Origin: an uncultured Bacteroidota bacterium
Lineage (GTDB): Bacteria; Bacteroidota; Bacteroidia; Chitinophagales; Chitinophagaceae
Direction: 5' to 3'
NCBI GenBank assembly: GCA_963731245.1
Contig: CAVSVA010000019.1
Coordinates: 165,404 to 229,403, forward strand
Length of the DNA stretch: 64,000 nucleotides
Shown here piece by piece: positions 10,579-21,349 of this stretch; position 1 is the first letter of the stretch, and every line of letters starts with the position of its first letter. Below the pieces are notes generated by a model that ran no database searches, was not told the DNA's origin, and worked only from the letters and a program-made list of their open reading frames with translations. A program made the position numbers and the translations under genes.

Positions 10579-13101
10579 CTATTTATTTTGTGGCAACGCA
10601 ATTAAATTGGCCATTAAACGATAAGCACCTGCAACACCTGCAGGCAACTGGCGAAAGAACACAATACCGGCATATACAAAATTTCCTTTGCCATATTTTG
10701 CAATAATTAATGCGCCGTTACTTTCGCTTTCATTTACATCGTGCATGCCAATCGGCGCTTCATAATGCGCATCAAATTGTTCTGCATGATACGTGCTTCT
10801 TTCCTGTATCCAGTTCTTAAAATCTGCACCGGTAATTTTATTTGGATAATTTAATGCTGAATTATTTGGCAATAAAATATGCACGTCAGCATTTTCTTCA
10901 GTAACTCTTGTGCGGCCGATCGTAAAATTATACGGACCAATATCTGCTTTTACCGAACCAATCTGGTTGTTTGTGTTGTATTGAACAATTAAGTTGCCGC
11001 CATCTTTTATATAATTCATCAGCACATTATATTTTTCGCTCAGCCATTCATGCACATTATATGCACGAACACCGGTTATAATTGCATCAAACTGTTTTAA
11101 GTTGGCGGACGTAACATCTTTTTCATTCAGCATAGTTACATTATAACCCATTTGCTGCAAACTTTGCGGCAGTTTATCACCTGCGCCGGCAATATAACCA
11201 ATGTGTTTGCCTGCCGTTTTTACTTCTTCATTAATTACATGAATTTTATCTGTTGCATAATAATGTATGTAAGGAATATGATCGTATTGAATTGAATGCA
11301 GATCACCGTTGTAAGCGCCTTGTTTGTTATTGATGTTTGCTTCAACGGCAACAGAAGGTTCGCCCTTTGATTTGTTATAATATTTTGACAAAGGAAAACT
11401 AAAATCATACGTTTGATTGTATTCAAGATCAACCGTTGTATCTTTTATAAAAACAGAATCTTTATCCTGCACAAACAACAATCTCAATTTTGTTTTGGGT
11501 GATTGAACATAAGATTTTATTTCGGCAAAAACTTCATCAATATGTATGGGTTGATTATTTTGCTTGATATCATTTAAAACAACATTTGGCTGCAACGAAA
11601 TGCTTAAAGGATCTATAACAATAAACGGTTCATACATTTCTCCTTTAACCGGATCAGTAAATTTATATTGAACAGGTTTTTGAATAGTTATATCGGTTCC
11701 ATTTATGTTTAAAATAAGTGAAGCAGTAAATGCTGCGCTATTTTCAGGCTTGCCGATCAGTTGCTGATTTTTTACGGTAAAACTTCCAATGCCATCTAAT
11801 GGATATTGCAACCAGTAAGGCTGCGTTACAGGCATTGAATCATTAACCCAAAATGTTTTTGAAAAATTATTGTTTATGTTAGTTGAAAGATTGGTGTTGA
11901 TGGAAGAATCAAAATTTAAAAACTTTATTTCTTTCAACTGCACATTGCTGTTTAATCTTTTATTAATAAAAAATTGCACGTTGAATTTCTGTTGCTTTAC
12001 AGCAAATTCAAAATTGCTTGTTGCTTCTGCATACATGCCGCTGCATTCAACAATTAATTGCTTTACTTCATCCATCTTTTTATTCTTCCAGTAACCATCC
12101 GGCAATTGCTGTATCAATTTATATAAATTAACCAATGCATCAACAGAATTTTCAGGATGATCAAACTGAAAATTTTTAATTATATCATTTATTTTTTGCT
12201 GAATATCATCGCTGCCTGCAACTCTTTTCCAGCTTGTATCAACGCCATCAAACAAATTATTTTTTACCGGCGCACCTGCAGTTAATTCAAAATATTCATA
12301 CGCTTCGCCGCGTTGTGCCGAAACACCAAAACCCTGGCTTTTATGCTGGCTGCGGCTTTTAGCAGCTATCTCGCCATAACTTTTTCCGAGCAAAGTATTG
12401 TAACCGCCAACATCCATTTTAAACTGGTTCTCGCTTGTTGTGTTTACGCTGCCAAAATTAAACGTGTTCCATAAAATTCTTTTTGCCTGCCATGGTTGTA
12501 CACCATATTGAAATTGTTCAGGAAATTTTGTTGAATCTGCGGCAGCCGTAAATGCTTCTTTTGCTAAAATTTCTGAAGCAGCATGATGGCCATGGCCAGC
12601 TCTTTCATCGCCGGGAAAACGTGTGATAATAACATCCGGCTGAAACTTTCGAATCACCCAAACAACATCGCTTAATATTTTATCGTGGTTCCAAATTCTT
12701 AATGCTTCATCAGCACTTTTTGAAAAACCAAAATCATAAGCACGGCTAAAAAATTGTTCTGCGCCATCAATTCTTCTTGCAGATAATAATTCCTGTGTGC
12801 GAATTAAACCCAACTCAATTCCCTGTTCATCACCAATTAAATTTTGGCCGCCATCGCCACGCGTTAAACTTAAATAGCCGGTTCTGTATAAATCACCATT
12901 TGAAAAGTAAGTAAGCAGCCTTGTATTTTCATCATCAGGATGTGCAGCAATATATAACACGCTGCCAAGCACATTTAATTTTTTTAATTGAAGATAAATA
13001 TCTGCGCTGTTGTATGAAGGCGGCGCTTGTGCAAACGATGCATTAAAACCAAAAAATAATACCATCAATAAAAAGCAACGGGCATTTTTTATTATCATCA
13101 T
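10579..13101 (-). CDS. Secreted PIG-L/LmbE family deacetylase with C-terminal GATase-like domain
   Basis: Signal peptide; AHPDDE, TRGDGGQN, RAYDFGFSK and GHGHH motifs. Confidence 0.88.
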   Translation of the reverse strand: MMIIKNARCFLLMVLFFGFNASFAQAPPSYNSADIYLQLKKLNVLGSVLYIAAHPDDENTRLLTYFSNGDLYRTGYLSLTRGDGGQNLIGDEQGIELGLIRTQELLSARRIDGAEQFFSRAYDFGFSKSADEALRIWNHDKILSDVVWVIRKFQPDVIITRFPGDERAGHGHHAASEILAKEAFTAAADSTKFPEQFQYGVQPWQAKRILWNTFNFGSVNTTSENQFKMDVGGYNTLLGKSYGEIAAKSRSQHKSQGFGVSAQRGEAYEYFELTAGAPVKNNLFDGVDTSWKRVAGSDDIQQKINDIIKNFQFDHPENSVDALVNLYKLIQQLPDGYWKNKKMDEVKQLIVECSGMYAEATSNFEFAVKQQKFNVQFFINKRLNSNVQLKEIKFLNFDSSINTNLSTNINNNFSKTFWVNDSMPVTQPYWLQYPLDGIGSFTVKNQQLIGKPENSAAFTASLILNINGTDITIQKPVQYKFTDPVKGEMYEPFIVIDPLSISLQPNVVLNDIKQNNQPIHIDEVFAEIKSYVQSPKTKLRLLFVQDKDSVFIKDTTVDLEYNQTYDFSFPLSKYYNKSKGEPSVAVEANINNKQGAYNGDLHSIQYDHIPYIHYYATDKIHVINEEVKTAGKHIGYIAGAGDKLPQSLQQMGYNVTMLNEKDVTSANLKQFDAIITGVRAYNVHEWLSEKYNVLMNYIKDGGNLIVQYNTNNQIGSVKADIGPYNFTIGRTRVTEENADVHILLPNNSALNYPNKITGADFKNWIQERSTYHAEQFDAHYEAPIGMHDVNESESNGALIIAKYGKGNFVYAGIVFFRQLPAGVAGAYRLMANLIALPQNK

Positions 13102-13133
13102 TTAAAAAATTAGTTGCGAAGATAAGTGCTCTT

Positions 13134-13172
13134 AAAAAAAGAAAGTTGCAACATTAAAGCAGTTGCAACTTT
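13134..13172 (-). terminator. Intrinsic terminator after the trpS-dNK operon
   Basis: AAAGTTGCAAC / GTTGCAACTTT inverted repeat followed by a T-run on the minus strand. Confidence 0.75.
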
Positions 13173-13193
13173 ACTTGTTCATTCAGGTGAATG

Positions 13194-13829
13194 TTAAAAC
13201 AATCCAAACAAAAGAGAATCTATTTTGCTGATGATTTCGCCAAGATGTTCTTCGTTTTCAGGAAATTTATTTTTATCAACGTCAATTATAAGTATCGGGC
13301 CTTGCTTATAATTTTCGATCCAGCGGTTATAGAGTTCATTTAATTTTTTAAGATAATCAAGACGGATGTTTTCTTCATATTCGCGGCCGCGTTTTTGAAT
13401 TTGATCCACCAGTGTTGGAACAGATGCTTTAAGATAAATAAGCAGATCCGGCGGCTGCACCATTAATTGCAATGTTTTAAAGAAATTAAAATAATTGTCA
13501 AAATCACGCTTATTCATCAAACCCATGTCGTGAAGATTGGGTGCAAAAATGTGTGCATCTTCATAAATAGTTCTGTCCTGAATTACGGTTTCTGTTCCGT
13601 TTTGAATATCGAGCAATTGATTTAATCTTCCGTTTAAAAAATAAATTTGCAGGTTAAAACTCCAGCGGGGCATGTCTTCATAAAAATCCATCAAATAAGG
13701 ATTATGATCAACATCTTCAAACTGCGGAATCCATTTATAATGTTTGCTCAGCAACTCTGTTAGCGTGGTTTTTCCGGCACCAATATTTCCGGCAATAGCA
13801 ACGTGCTTAGGTTTTTTTTGTTTGGCCAT
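13194..13829 (-). CDS. Deoxynucleoside kinase (dCK/dGK family)
   Basis: P-loop GNIGAGKTT; DRTIYED, PDLLIYL and RGREYE motifs. Confidence 0.92.
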   Translation of the reverse strand: MAKQKKPKHVAIAGNIGAGKTTLTELLSKHYKWIPQFEDVDHNPYLMDFYEDMPRWSFNLQIYFLNGRLNQLLDIQNGTETVIQDRTIYEDAHIFAPNLHDMGLMNKRDFDNYFNFFKTLQLMVQPPDLLIYLKASVPTLVDQIQKRGREYEENIRLDYLKKLNELYNRWIENYKQGPILIIDVDKNKFPENEEHLGEIISKIDSLLFGLF

Positions 13830-13893
13830 TAGATTTTAAAATTCTGAAATTCAAATTACAATTCCCAAATTATTTAAAAAACAATTTTACTAT

Positions 13894-14892
13894 TTAAACA
13901 TAATTTAAACCCATTGCATTTCTAATAAGCTTTAATGTTTGTGCGGCGCTGGCTTTTGCTTTTTCTTCACCCATTTTTAAAACTTTTGAAAGATAGGCTT
14001 TATCATTTTGAATTGCTTCAGCTTTTTCGCGAATGGGTTTTATAAATGCAACCATATCTTCTGCCAATTGCTTTTTCATATCACCATAACGAATGTTGCA
14101 GTTTTCATAATCAGCTTCAAATTTTGCAACCACATCATACCTGCTTACCAACTGCATTAATGCAAAAATATTTTCAATATAATCGGGCTTGGGAGTTGCT
14201 TTTTGCGTTGGGCCGCTATCTGTTTTTGCACGCATTATTTTTTTAAGAATAAGATCATCATCATCACCCAAATAAATTGTTGCCATTTGGTTTTCGCTCT
14301 TGCTCATTTTTCCATTTCCATCCAAACTTAAAATTTTTGCAAGCGATTCTCCGTAATTAAAAGCATAAGGCAAAGGCAGCACTGCTTCATACCTATAATT
14401 AAAACGCTCTGCAAAATTTCTTGCCATTTCTAAATGCTGTTCCTGGTCTTTACCAACGGGAACTTTTACAGCACGATGCGCTAAAATATCTGCAGCCTGC
14501 AGCACCGGGTAAGTAAGCAATCCGGCATTTATATTTCCAGGTTGCTGGCGCACTTTATCTTTAAACGTTGAAGTTTTTTCAAGCTCACCTTTGTAGGCAA
14601 GCATGTTTAAATACAAATACAACTCGGCAATTTCGGGCACATCACTTTGCACATATAAACAGGCAACGTTTGCATCTAAACCACATGCAAGATATTCTGC
14701 CAGCACACGATGTACATGTGCTTTTAAATTTTTTGTGTCAGGATGTGTGGTTAAACTGTGCCAGTCTGCAATAAAAAAATAGCAATCATATTCATGTTGC
14801 ATGCGTACATAATTTTTTACGGCACCAAAATAATTTCCAAGATGCAAAAAACCTGTTGGCCTTATTCCGCTTACAACCACTTCTTTTGGCAT
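13894..14892 (-). CDS. trpS: Tryptophan--tRNA ligase
   Basis: SGIRPTGFLHLGNY (HIGH), YPVLQAADIL, VPVGKDQEQH and KMSKS motifs. Confidence 0.97.
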   Translation of the reverse strand: MPKEVVVSGIRPTGFLHLGNYFGAVKNYVRMQHEYDCYFFIADWHSLTTHPDTKNLKAHVHRVLAEYLACGLDANVACLYVQSDVPEIAELYLYLNMLAYKGELEKTSTFKDKVRQQPGNINAGLLTYPVLQAADILAHRAVKVPVGKDQEQHLEMARNFAERFNYRYEAVLPLPYAFNYGESLAKILSLDGNGKMSKSENQMATIYLGDDDDLILKKIMRAKTDSGPTQKATPKPDYIENIFALMQLVSRYDVVAKFEADYENCNIRYGDMKKQLAEDMVAFIKPIREKAEAIQNDKAYLSKVLKMGEEKAKASAAQTLKLIRNAMGLNYV

Positions 14893-15016
14893 GAAGCGAA
14901 GATAAGAGCTTGAAAAGTTCAAAACATAAAATTTAAAAAGCACTTATAAATCTTTTAAATTTTAATTGCTGATTATGCAGGATTATATACTTTCAACCCT
15001 GAACTTTTTTTTAATA

Positions 15017-15496
15017 ATGATTATAAGAAAAATTGCTGTTGAAGATAATTATGCAGTGGCGAAAATGATAAGAGAAGTTTTTGATGAATTTAATGCGCCA
15101 AAGCAAGGCACTGTTTATGCAGATGCTGCAACTGATAATTTGTTTGATTTGTTTAAAAAACCGAAATCAGTTTTTTGGGTGTTGGAAATTGATAATAAAA
15201 TTGAAGGATGTTGCGGCATCTATCCAACAAACGGACTTGATGCAGAATATGCCGAACTGGTTAAACTGTATTTAAGTAAAAATGCAAGAGGCAAAGGCTT
15301 TGGTAAACTTATGTTGCAAAAATCAATTCAATCAGCCAAACAATTTGGTTATAAATATTTGTATTTGGAAAGCTTGCAGCAATTTTCAAATGCGGTAAAC
15401 ATGTACGAAAAACAAGGGTTTAAAAAAATAAATTATCCGCTTGGTAATTCAGGGCATTGCAGTTGCAATATCTGGATGTTGAAAGAACTTGATTAA
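15017..15496 (+). CDS. GNAT family N-acetyltransferase
   Basis: ELVKLYL..ARGKGFGK acetyl-CoA motif; YEKQGF. Confidence 0.88.
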   Translation: MIIRKIAVEDNYAVAKMIREVFDEFNAPKQGTVYADAATDNLFDLFKKPKSVFWVLEIDNKIEGCCGIYPTNGLDAEYAELVKLYLSKNARGKGFGKLMLQKSIQSAKQFGYKYLYLESLQQFSNAVNMYEKQGFKKINYPLGNSGHCSCNIWMLKELD

Positions 15497-15514
15497 GATT
15501 GATCATAAAAACAA

Positions 15515-15543
15515 AAACCGTTCAAAATAATCTTGAACGGTTT
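15515..15543. terminator. Bidirectional terminator between convergent genes
   Basis: AAACCGTTCAA-aataatc-TTGAACGGTTT hairpin. Confidence 0.75.
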
Positions 15544-15563
15544 AAGAATTTACAATTGTTAGA

Positions 15564-15929
15564 TTAATGATGCCTGTGGCGAATTTGATGATGTGCCCTG
15601 CGAACAGGATGTTTTACACCATCTTGTTTCAAATCTTTTGCATCGCTGCGGATGTCTTTTTTATCCGCTTTAATGTCTTTAGTTTCTTCTTTTGCGCCAG
15701 CCTTGTTGCCATCTTTAATATCATCCTTTCTCATCACCTTTTCTTTATGCTCAGTGCGAACGTCATTCCTTAAATCTTTCATGTCTGCATGTTTATCTGC
15801 AGAAGAAGTAACGGATGGGTTTTGTGTTGAAGGTGCAGTACCTGCCGGATTTTGAGAAGGAGTTTGGGCAAAGATTGCAGTTGAAAAAAATGCAAGCAGC
15901 AGTGTTAAGATTTTTGTTTTAGTACTCAT
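15564..15929 (-). CDS. Small secreted highly charged helical protein
   Basis: Signal peptide ending AIFA-Q, P/S/T linker, repeated KD[ILM][KR]xD heptads, His/Arg-rich C-terminus. Confidence 0.72.
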   Translation of the reverse strand: MSTKTKILTLLLAFFSTAIFAQTPSQNPAGTAPSTQNPSVTSSADKHADMKDLRNDVRTEHKEKVMRKDDIKDGNKAGAKEETKDIKADKKDIRSDAKDLKQDGVKHPVRRAHHQIRHRHH

Positions 15930-15952
15930 TGTTTAAATTGTTTGCATTTAAA

Positions 15953-15977
15953 GACTAATGATGAAAATGAAGGTTTA
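15953..15977 (-). promoter_or_regulatory. Putative ECF-sigma promoter TAAACC-N16-GTC
   Basis: Minus strand TAAACC ttcattttcatcatta GTC, ending 23 nt before the ATG. Confidence 0.6.
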
Positions 15978-15989
15978 AAAGTTTAAAAA

Positions 15990-16844
15990 TTAAAAATCAA
16001 AAGCCGCATTTATGTTTAAATAAAAGCTATTGCTTAACTGTTCCTGCTTTGCAAAAACACCATTTACAGCATATTGAATTGGGTTTACAGGTATAACGTA
16101 ATTTGGTGAAATATAAAACGACCATTTATTAATATCATAATAAAGCGGCAGCGAAAATTCATAATCAAGCATTGAAAAATTATTTTTACCGGTAACAGTA
16201 ACTGGTGTTGATCTTGTACTGCGCTTCTTTTTAAACTTCCGGTTTTTATAATAGTTTTTATAAAAATTTAAAGACCCGATGTTGGTTAAAAATGTTGGCG
16301 TTATGGCCCATTCATCACTGTTTCCAAAATAAAATTCGTGAGATAAACCTGCGTTTAAAATTAAATCTGCAGGGCTTGAAAATAATACATCAGCGCCGCC
16401 ATTCAAACTTACCGGGCCAAAATTGTAAGATGCTATTGCATCTGTTTCGCCGCTTATTTCTGAACGCACTGATTTGCTTGAAGTATTAAAAAAATATTTT
16501 GCTGCAAATAATTCGCCTGTAAATTTTTCATTGTTGCTGTGAAAATCGTATCCGCCATCAATGGCAAAAAGATCAATGCCTGCACCGGCTTTGGGAATTA
16601 CAGATAACGAACCTTCAATAAATAATCCGGAGCGATGATAATAGCCAATTTCAGGTGTTAAGTATGGAATTTTTGCAGAATCCTTCCGGCCTAAATACAC
16701 ATTATTGTTCACGTAATCCACGCCAACTTTAAAATACGAAAACTTCAACGTATCTAAATTGTTGTTTGTTTTTTCCTGTGCAAATGAAGCTGCATGAAAC
16801 AGCAATAAAAAAAAGGCAAATAAAAGCAGGTTAATTTTCAGCAT
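15990..16844 (-). CDS. Putative outer-membrane beta-barrel protein
   Basis: Signal peptide, alternating aromatic beta strands, C-terminal ..AAFDF. Confidence 0.7.
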   Translation of the reverse strand: MLKINLLLFAFFLLLFHAASFAQEKTNNNLDTLKFSYFKVGVDYVNNNVYLGRKDSAKIPYLTPEIGYYHRSGLFIEGSLSVIPKAGAGIDLFAIDGGYDFHSNNEKFTGELFAAKYFFNTSSKSVRSEISGETDAIASYNFGPVSLNGGADVLFSSPADLILNAGLSHEFYFGNSDEWAITPTFLTNIGSLNFYKNYYKNRKFKKKRSTRSTPVTVTGKNNFSMLDYEFSLPLYYDINKWSFYISPNYVIPVNPIQYAVNGVFAKQEQLSNSFYLNINAAFDF

Positions 16845-16861
16845 TGGTTTTAACTGGTATA

Positions 16862-16886
16862 GACGTTAAAGCGGTTTAATAGTTTA
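16862..16886 (-). promoter_or_regulatory. Putative ECF-sigma promoter TAAACT-N16-GTC
   Basis: Minus strand TAAACT attaaaccgctttaac GTC, ending 17 nt before the ATG. Confidence 0.55.
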
Positions 16887-16964
16887 ATTATAAAAACATG
16901 AAATATTATTCTGCTATTTAAAGGAAAGCAGAATAAAGCATGAGGTTTATCTTTATTTAAAAAT

Positions 16965-17378
16965 ATGTGGTGGATATATGCTTTGCTTTCTGCATTCTTT
17001 GCTTCGCTAACAGCGATCTTTGCTAAAATAGGTGTAAAAGATATTGATTCTGATTTGGCAACTGCCATCCGCACGGTTGTAATTTTAATTCTTGTTTGGG
17101 GAATTGCGTTGTTTAAAGGCATAATACCAGGCATTCAAAATTTTAATAAACAAAACTGGCTGTTTCTTATTTTATCAGGATGCGCTACAGGTTTATCATG
17201 GTTGTTTTATTTTAAAGCTTTACAAATTGGAAAAGTTTCGCAGGTTGCACCTTTGGATAAATTAAGTGTTGCATTAACAATTATTTTATCTGTGCTTTTT
17301 TTAAAAGAATCTGTAACGTTTAAAGATGCAATCGGCGCCTTACTTATTATCGGCGGTACGTTTGTATTAATATTATAA
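16965..17378 (+). CDS. EamA/DMT family small transporter
   Basis: ALLSAFFASLTAIFAKIG, TAIRT, SWLFYFKALQ and VAPLDKLS motifs. Confidence 0.88.
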   Translation: MWWIYALLSAFFASLTAIFAKIGVKDIDSDLATAIRTVVILILVWGIALFKGIIPGIQNFNKQNWLFLILSGCATGLSWLFYFKALQIGKVSQVAPLDKLSVALTIILSVLFLKESVTFKDAIGALLIIGGTFVLIL

Positions 17379-17380
17379 GT

Positions 17381-18196
17381 TTAATAAGATTCCGTATCTG
17401 ATGGAAATGCATTCGATTTTACATCATTTATATATTGCTGCACAGCATTCGTTACCTGCTCATATAAATTAAGATATTGCCTTAAAAACCTGGGCTTAAA
17501 TTCAGTGTTAATGCCAAGCATATCATGCATAACCAAAACCTGGCCATCGCAATATTTGCCGGCGCCAATACCAATAGTTGGTATGCTTAAGCTTTCAGTA
17601 ACTTCTTTCGCTAATTGCGCAGGAATTTTTTCAAGCACAATTGCAAAACAACCTGCTTCTTCTAAAAGCTTTGCATCATTGCGCAGTTTGGTAGCTTCTT
17701 CTTCTTCTTTTGCACGCACATTATACGTTCCGAATTTATAAATGCTTTGCGGTGTTAAACCAAGATGACCCATAACAGGTATGCCTGCAGAAATAATTCG
17801 TTTTACACTTTCCATCACTTCTTCCCCGCCTTCTAATTTAATAGCATGTGCGCCGGTTTCTTTCATGATGCGAATTGCAGAAGCCAATGCTATTTCAGAA
17901 TTAGATTGATAAGAACCAAAAGGCAGATCAACCACAACAAGGCAACGGTTTATGCCGCGAATAACAGATGAAGCATGATAGATCATTTGCTCTAATGTAA
18001 CAGGCAAAGTTGTTTCGTGGCCAGCCATTACATTGCTGGCACTATCGCCAACAAGAATTACATCAATGTTTGCATTATCAATAATTTTTGCGAAAGAAAA
18101 ATCATAAGCAGTAAGCATAGAAATTTTTTCTTTCTGCTGCTTCATGCGCTGCAAAGTGTTGGTGGTGATTTTTTTTATTTCTTTGTTGATAGACAT
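17381..18196 (-). CDS. panB: 3-methyl-2-oxobutanoate hydroxymethyltransferase
   Basis: [31 protein letters not shown] and DGQVLV motifs. Confidence 0.97.
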   Translation of the reverse strand: MSINKEIKKITTNTLQRMKQQKEKISMLTAYDFSFAKIIDNANIDVILVGDSASNVMAGHETTLPVTLEQMIYHASSVIRGINRCLVVVDLPFGSYQSNSEIALASAIRIMKETGAHAIKLEGGEEVMESVKRIISAGIPVMGHLGLTPQSIYKFGTYNVRAKEEEEATKLRNDAKLLEEAGCFAIVLEKIPAQLAKEVTESLSIPTIGIGAGKYCDGQVLVMHDMLGINTEFKPRFLRQYLNLYEQVTNAVQQYINDVKSNAFPSDTESY

Positions 18197-18293
18197 CTGA
18201 ATAAAATTGTAGTGATTGGGAACTGAATATGGTTCTGCGTTAGAATAAAACATATTCAGATGTCAAAGTGCAAATATATATTTCGGATTTAAA

Positions 18294-19175
18294 TTACTTC
18301 CCTTTAATTTCTTCATACAAATTTTGTATTAATCCATCTGCCAACCCAATATTAGGCACATAAATTTCTTCAATATCTGCCCAGCGCATAACGTTTACAT
18401 ATATCTGCAATGCAGGCACAATAACATCGGCACGATCTTCCTTCATTTTATACATGCGCACACGTTCTTCTGTTGAAAAACTGGAAAGTTCTTTATAATA
18501 ATCTTTTAGCAGTTGCAGTGTTAGCGGTTTGCCTTCTTTACGCTTGCTTAATGAAAATACTTTGTTGATGTTTCCGCCGGTGCCAATGGCAATAATTTTT
18601 AATTTGCTTTTTATGTTTGATTTTATTTTATCGCGAAACTCATCCCATTGCAATTCATCCACCATGTTTTTTAAAAGCCGGATGGTGCCAATATTTATTG
18701 ATTCTTTGTAGCGCAATTTGCCATCAGCAAAAAAACTTAGTTCGGTGCTGCCGCCGCCAACATCAATATAAACATAGGCATGTTCTTTATCTAAATTTTC
18801 TGCAACGTGGTTCTCGTATATAATGGCTGCTTCTTTATCTCCGCTTATAATTTCTATTTTAATGCCGGTTTCTAATTTTACTTTTTTAATTATTTCTGCA
18901 CTGTTTTGTGCATCACGCATAGCACTGGTGGCACAGGCTTTTACATATTTTACATCATAAGCTTTTAATAAAAAGCCAAATGCTTTCATGGTTTGCACAA
19001 GCATTATAGTTCGCTGTTTGCTTATTTCTTTTTTTTCAAATACATCAAAACCTAAACGCAAAGGCACGCGGATGAGATTGAGCTTTGTAAACACAGGTTT
19101 GTTTTCATCTTCCCTAATTTCTGAAATTAATAACCGGGCTGCGTTACTGCCAATATCAATCGCTGCGAGCTTCAA
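18294..19175 (-). CDS. ppx: Exopolyphosphatase (Ppx/GppA family)
   Basis: [28 protein letters not shown] and DRADVI motifs; overlaps the end of ppk1. Confidence 0.92.
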   Translation of the reverse strand: MKLAAIDIGSNAARLLISEIREDENKPVFTKLNLIRVPLRLGFDVFEKKEISKQRTIMLVQTMKAFGFLLKAYDVKYVKACATSAMRDAQNSAEIIKKVKLETGIKIEIISGDKEAAIIYENHVAENLDKEHAYVYIDVGGGSTELSFFADGKLRYKESINIGTIRLLKNMVDELQWDEFRDKIKSNIKSKLKIIAIGTGGNINKVFSLSKRKEGKPLTLQLLKDYYKELSSFSTEERVRMYKMKEDRADVIVPALQIYVNVMRWADIEEIYVPNIGLADGLIQNLYEEIKGK

Positions 19176-21242
19176 CAGGTTTCATTTTTTTATGGAGATA
19201 ATTATAGGTTTCAATTTGAGCGCGAATTCTTTTTTTGCCTGCTGAAGATACATAGTTATTATGCAAGGCATTATCGAGAATGCGTGCCTTTACATCATCA
19301 TGCAGTTGAATATCCAAAATATCTTTTAGTTCAGCGCAAAGCGCTTTATCTTTTACAGGAATGGCTGCTTCCACACGATGATCAAGGTTGCGGATCATCC
19401 AGTCTGCAGAAGAAATAAATATTTTTTCGTTGCCGCCATGATGAAAAACCATAATTCTTGAATGCTCAAGATATTCATCAACAATGCTGATTGCTTCTAC
19501 ACGATTATGCCATTTTTTATGTTTTAGTTTAGCACAACAAATGCCGCGAATAATAAGATGCAGCCTAACACCTGCATCCGCAGCATTGTATAATTTATTA
19601 ATCAACTGCGGATCGCTTAAAGAATTTACTTTTAAAATTATCGAGGATTTTCTTTTAGCTTTTGCATTTTTAATTTCGGTATTTATTAACTGCGTTAATT
19701 GATTGCGCATGCTAACAGGGCAAATCATCAGCGTTTTGCAGCCACTTAAAATTTTTTCTTTTGAAGCATTTTCAAGGTATTTAAAAATGCGGTTTATATC
19801 AGCCATTACATTGCGGTTGCTTGTAAGCATGCATTCATCTGCATAAACCATTGCGGTTTTTTCGTTAAGATTTCCGGTGCTTACAAAACCATACTGAACT
19901 ATTTTTTTACCGCTTTTCTTTTTAATTACACAAATCTTTGCATGCACTTTCATGTTTGGCAATTCCAATCAACACTTTCACGCCTTCTTCTTCCAAACGT
20001 TCTTTCCATGCAAGATTGGCTTCTTCATCAAACCGGGCACGCAGTTCAAGCACTACCGTCACTTGTTTTCCGTTACGAACTGCATTGATAAGCGCATTTA
20101 TAATTTTTGAATTTTCGGCAAAGCGATAGGCTGTAAGTTTTATAGAAATCACATCGGGATCAATTGCTGCTTCGCGAAACAAGATCAATAACGGAATTAA
20201 AAGAATGATAGGGAAAATGAAGCATAACATCCTGTTTTGAAATTACATCGGTAACACGGATGTTTTGCTGTAATGCCGGATGCGTAAATGGCTGTGCGCC
20301 GTACATGTTTGTGTTGGAAACACATCAGGAAAATCCATGAAATGCCGGAAGTTGTGAATGCGCCCGCCGGGAATAATGTTATCTTTTCTTGTAAGATTGA
20401 ATTTGCTGCATTAAATATTCCAGCAAGCCTGCATCCATTTCTTTATCATAACACAAAACGAGTAGGTTTTCCCTTGCGCCGGTTCTTAATTCCTTTTTCA
20501 ATTTTTTGCACGAATGAGTGTTGTTAGATCGTTGTCAATATCAATCTCCGCATCTTTGGTTACTTTAAAAATATACGAATCATAATGTTGCATAGTTAAA
20601 ATAAGAAAAAATATAAGGCAGGTTAAAACGAATGATGTCTTCAAGCAAAATAATATGTTGTTCGCCTTCGGGTGCAGGCAATAGAATAAAACGGCCAACA
20701 ATGTGGCTTGGCATTTCAATCAGCGCATATTTTTGTTGTAGGCCGTTTCTTGTTTCCGCATTACAACACCGAGATAAATACTTTTTTCGCGCAGGTAAGG
20801 CAAGTTGCGGAAGATTTTCAATCATAAACGGAATAATGTTTGAACGAACTTTTTCTTCAAAGAATTTTTTTACAAATTCCTGTTGGTCGTTTGCTAAATG
20901 TTTTTCATCAACCAAAAAAATATTCTGGCTTTGCATTTCTTTTAATATCTGCTGCCAGATGCGGTTAAACTCATTTTGCTGATTCAGCACAATGATTTGA
21001 ATCTCATCCAGAATATTTTCCGGATTTTTTTCCAAGATGCATGTTTGCCTTTTTTACCGCCAAATTCAATCATGCGTTTTAAAGTGGCAACACGCACACG
21101 AAAAAATTCATCCATGATTATTTGAATAAATGCCAAGAAACCGAATTCTTTCGCGCAAAGGCACCGATAAATCGCTTGCTTCCTGCAACACTCTTGCATT
21201 AAAACTTAACCAGCTTATATCTCTTGGAATAAGGTTTTTCAT
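19156..21242 (-). CDS. ppk1: Polyphosphate kinase 1 (multiple frameshifts)
   Basis: [47 protein letters not shown] and [15 protein letters not shown] across fragments. Confidence 0.93.
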
Positions 21243-21349
21243 ACGTAAACAAATCAAAGGTAAATAAGCTTATGTGCAGATAACATTAAGTTTTAAGTGA
21301 AAATTAAAAGTGTTTGTAATGAACTGAAGAAATTGATGAAGAAATTAAT

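Noticed and set aside
16850-17134. 94-aa minus-strand ORF (and the many similar shadow ORFs in the track)
   Set aside because: It is antisense to a well-supported EamA gene and has no independent coding signal.
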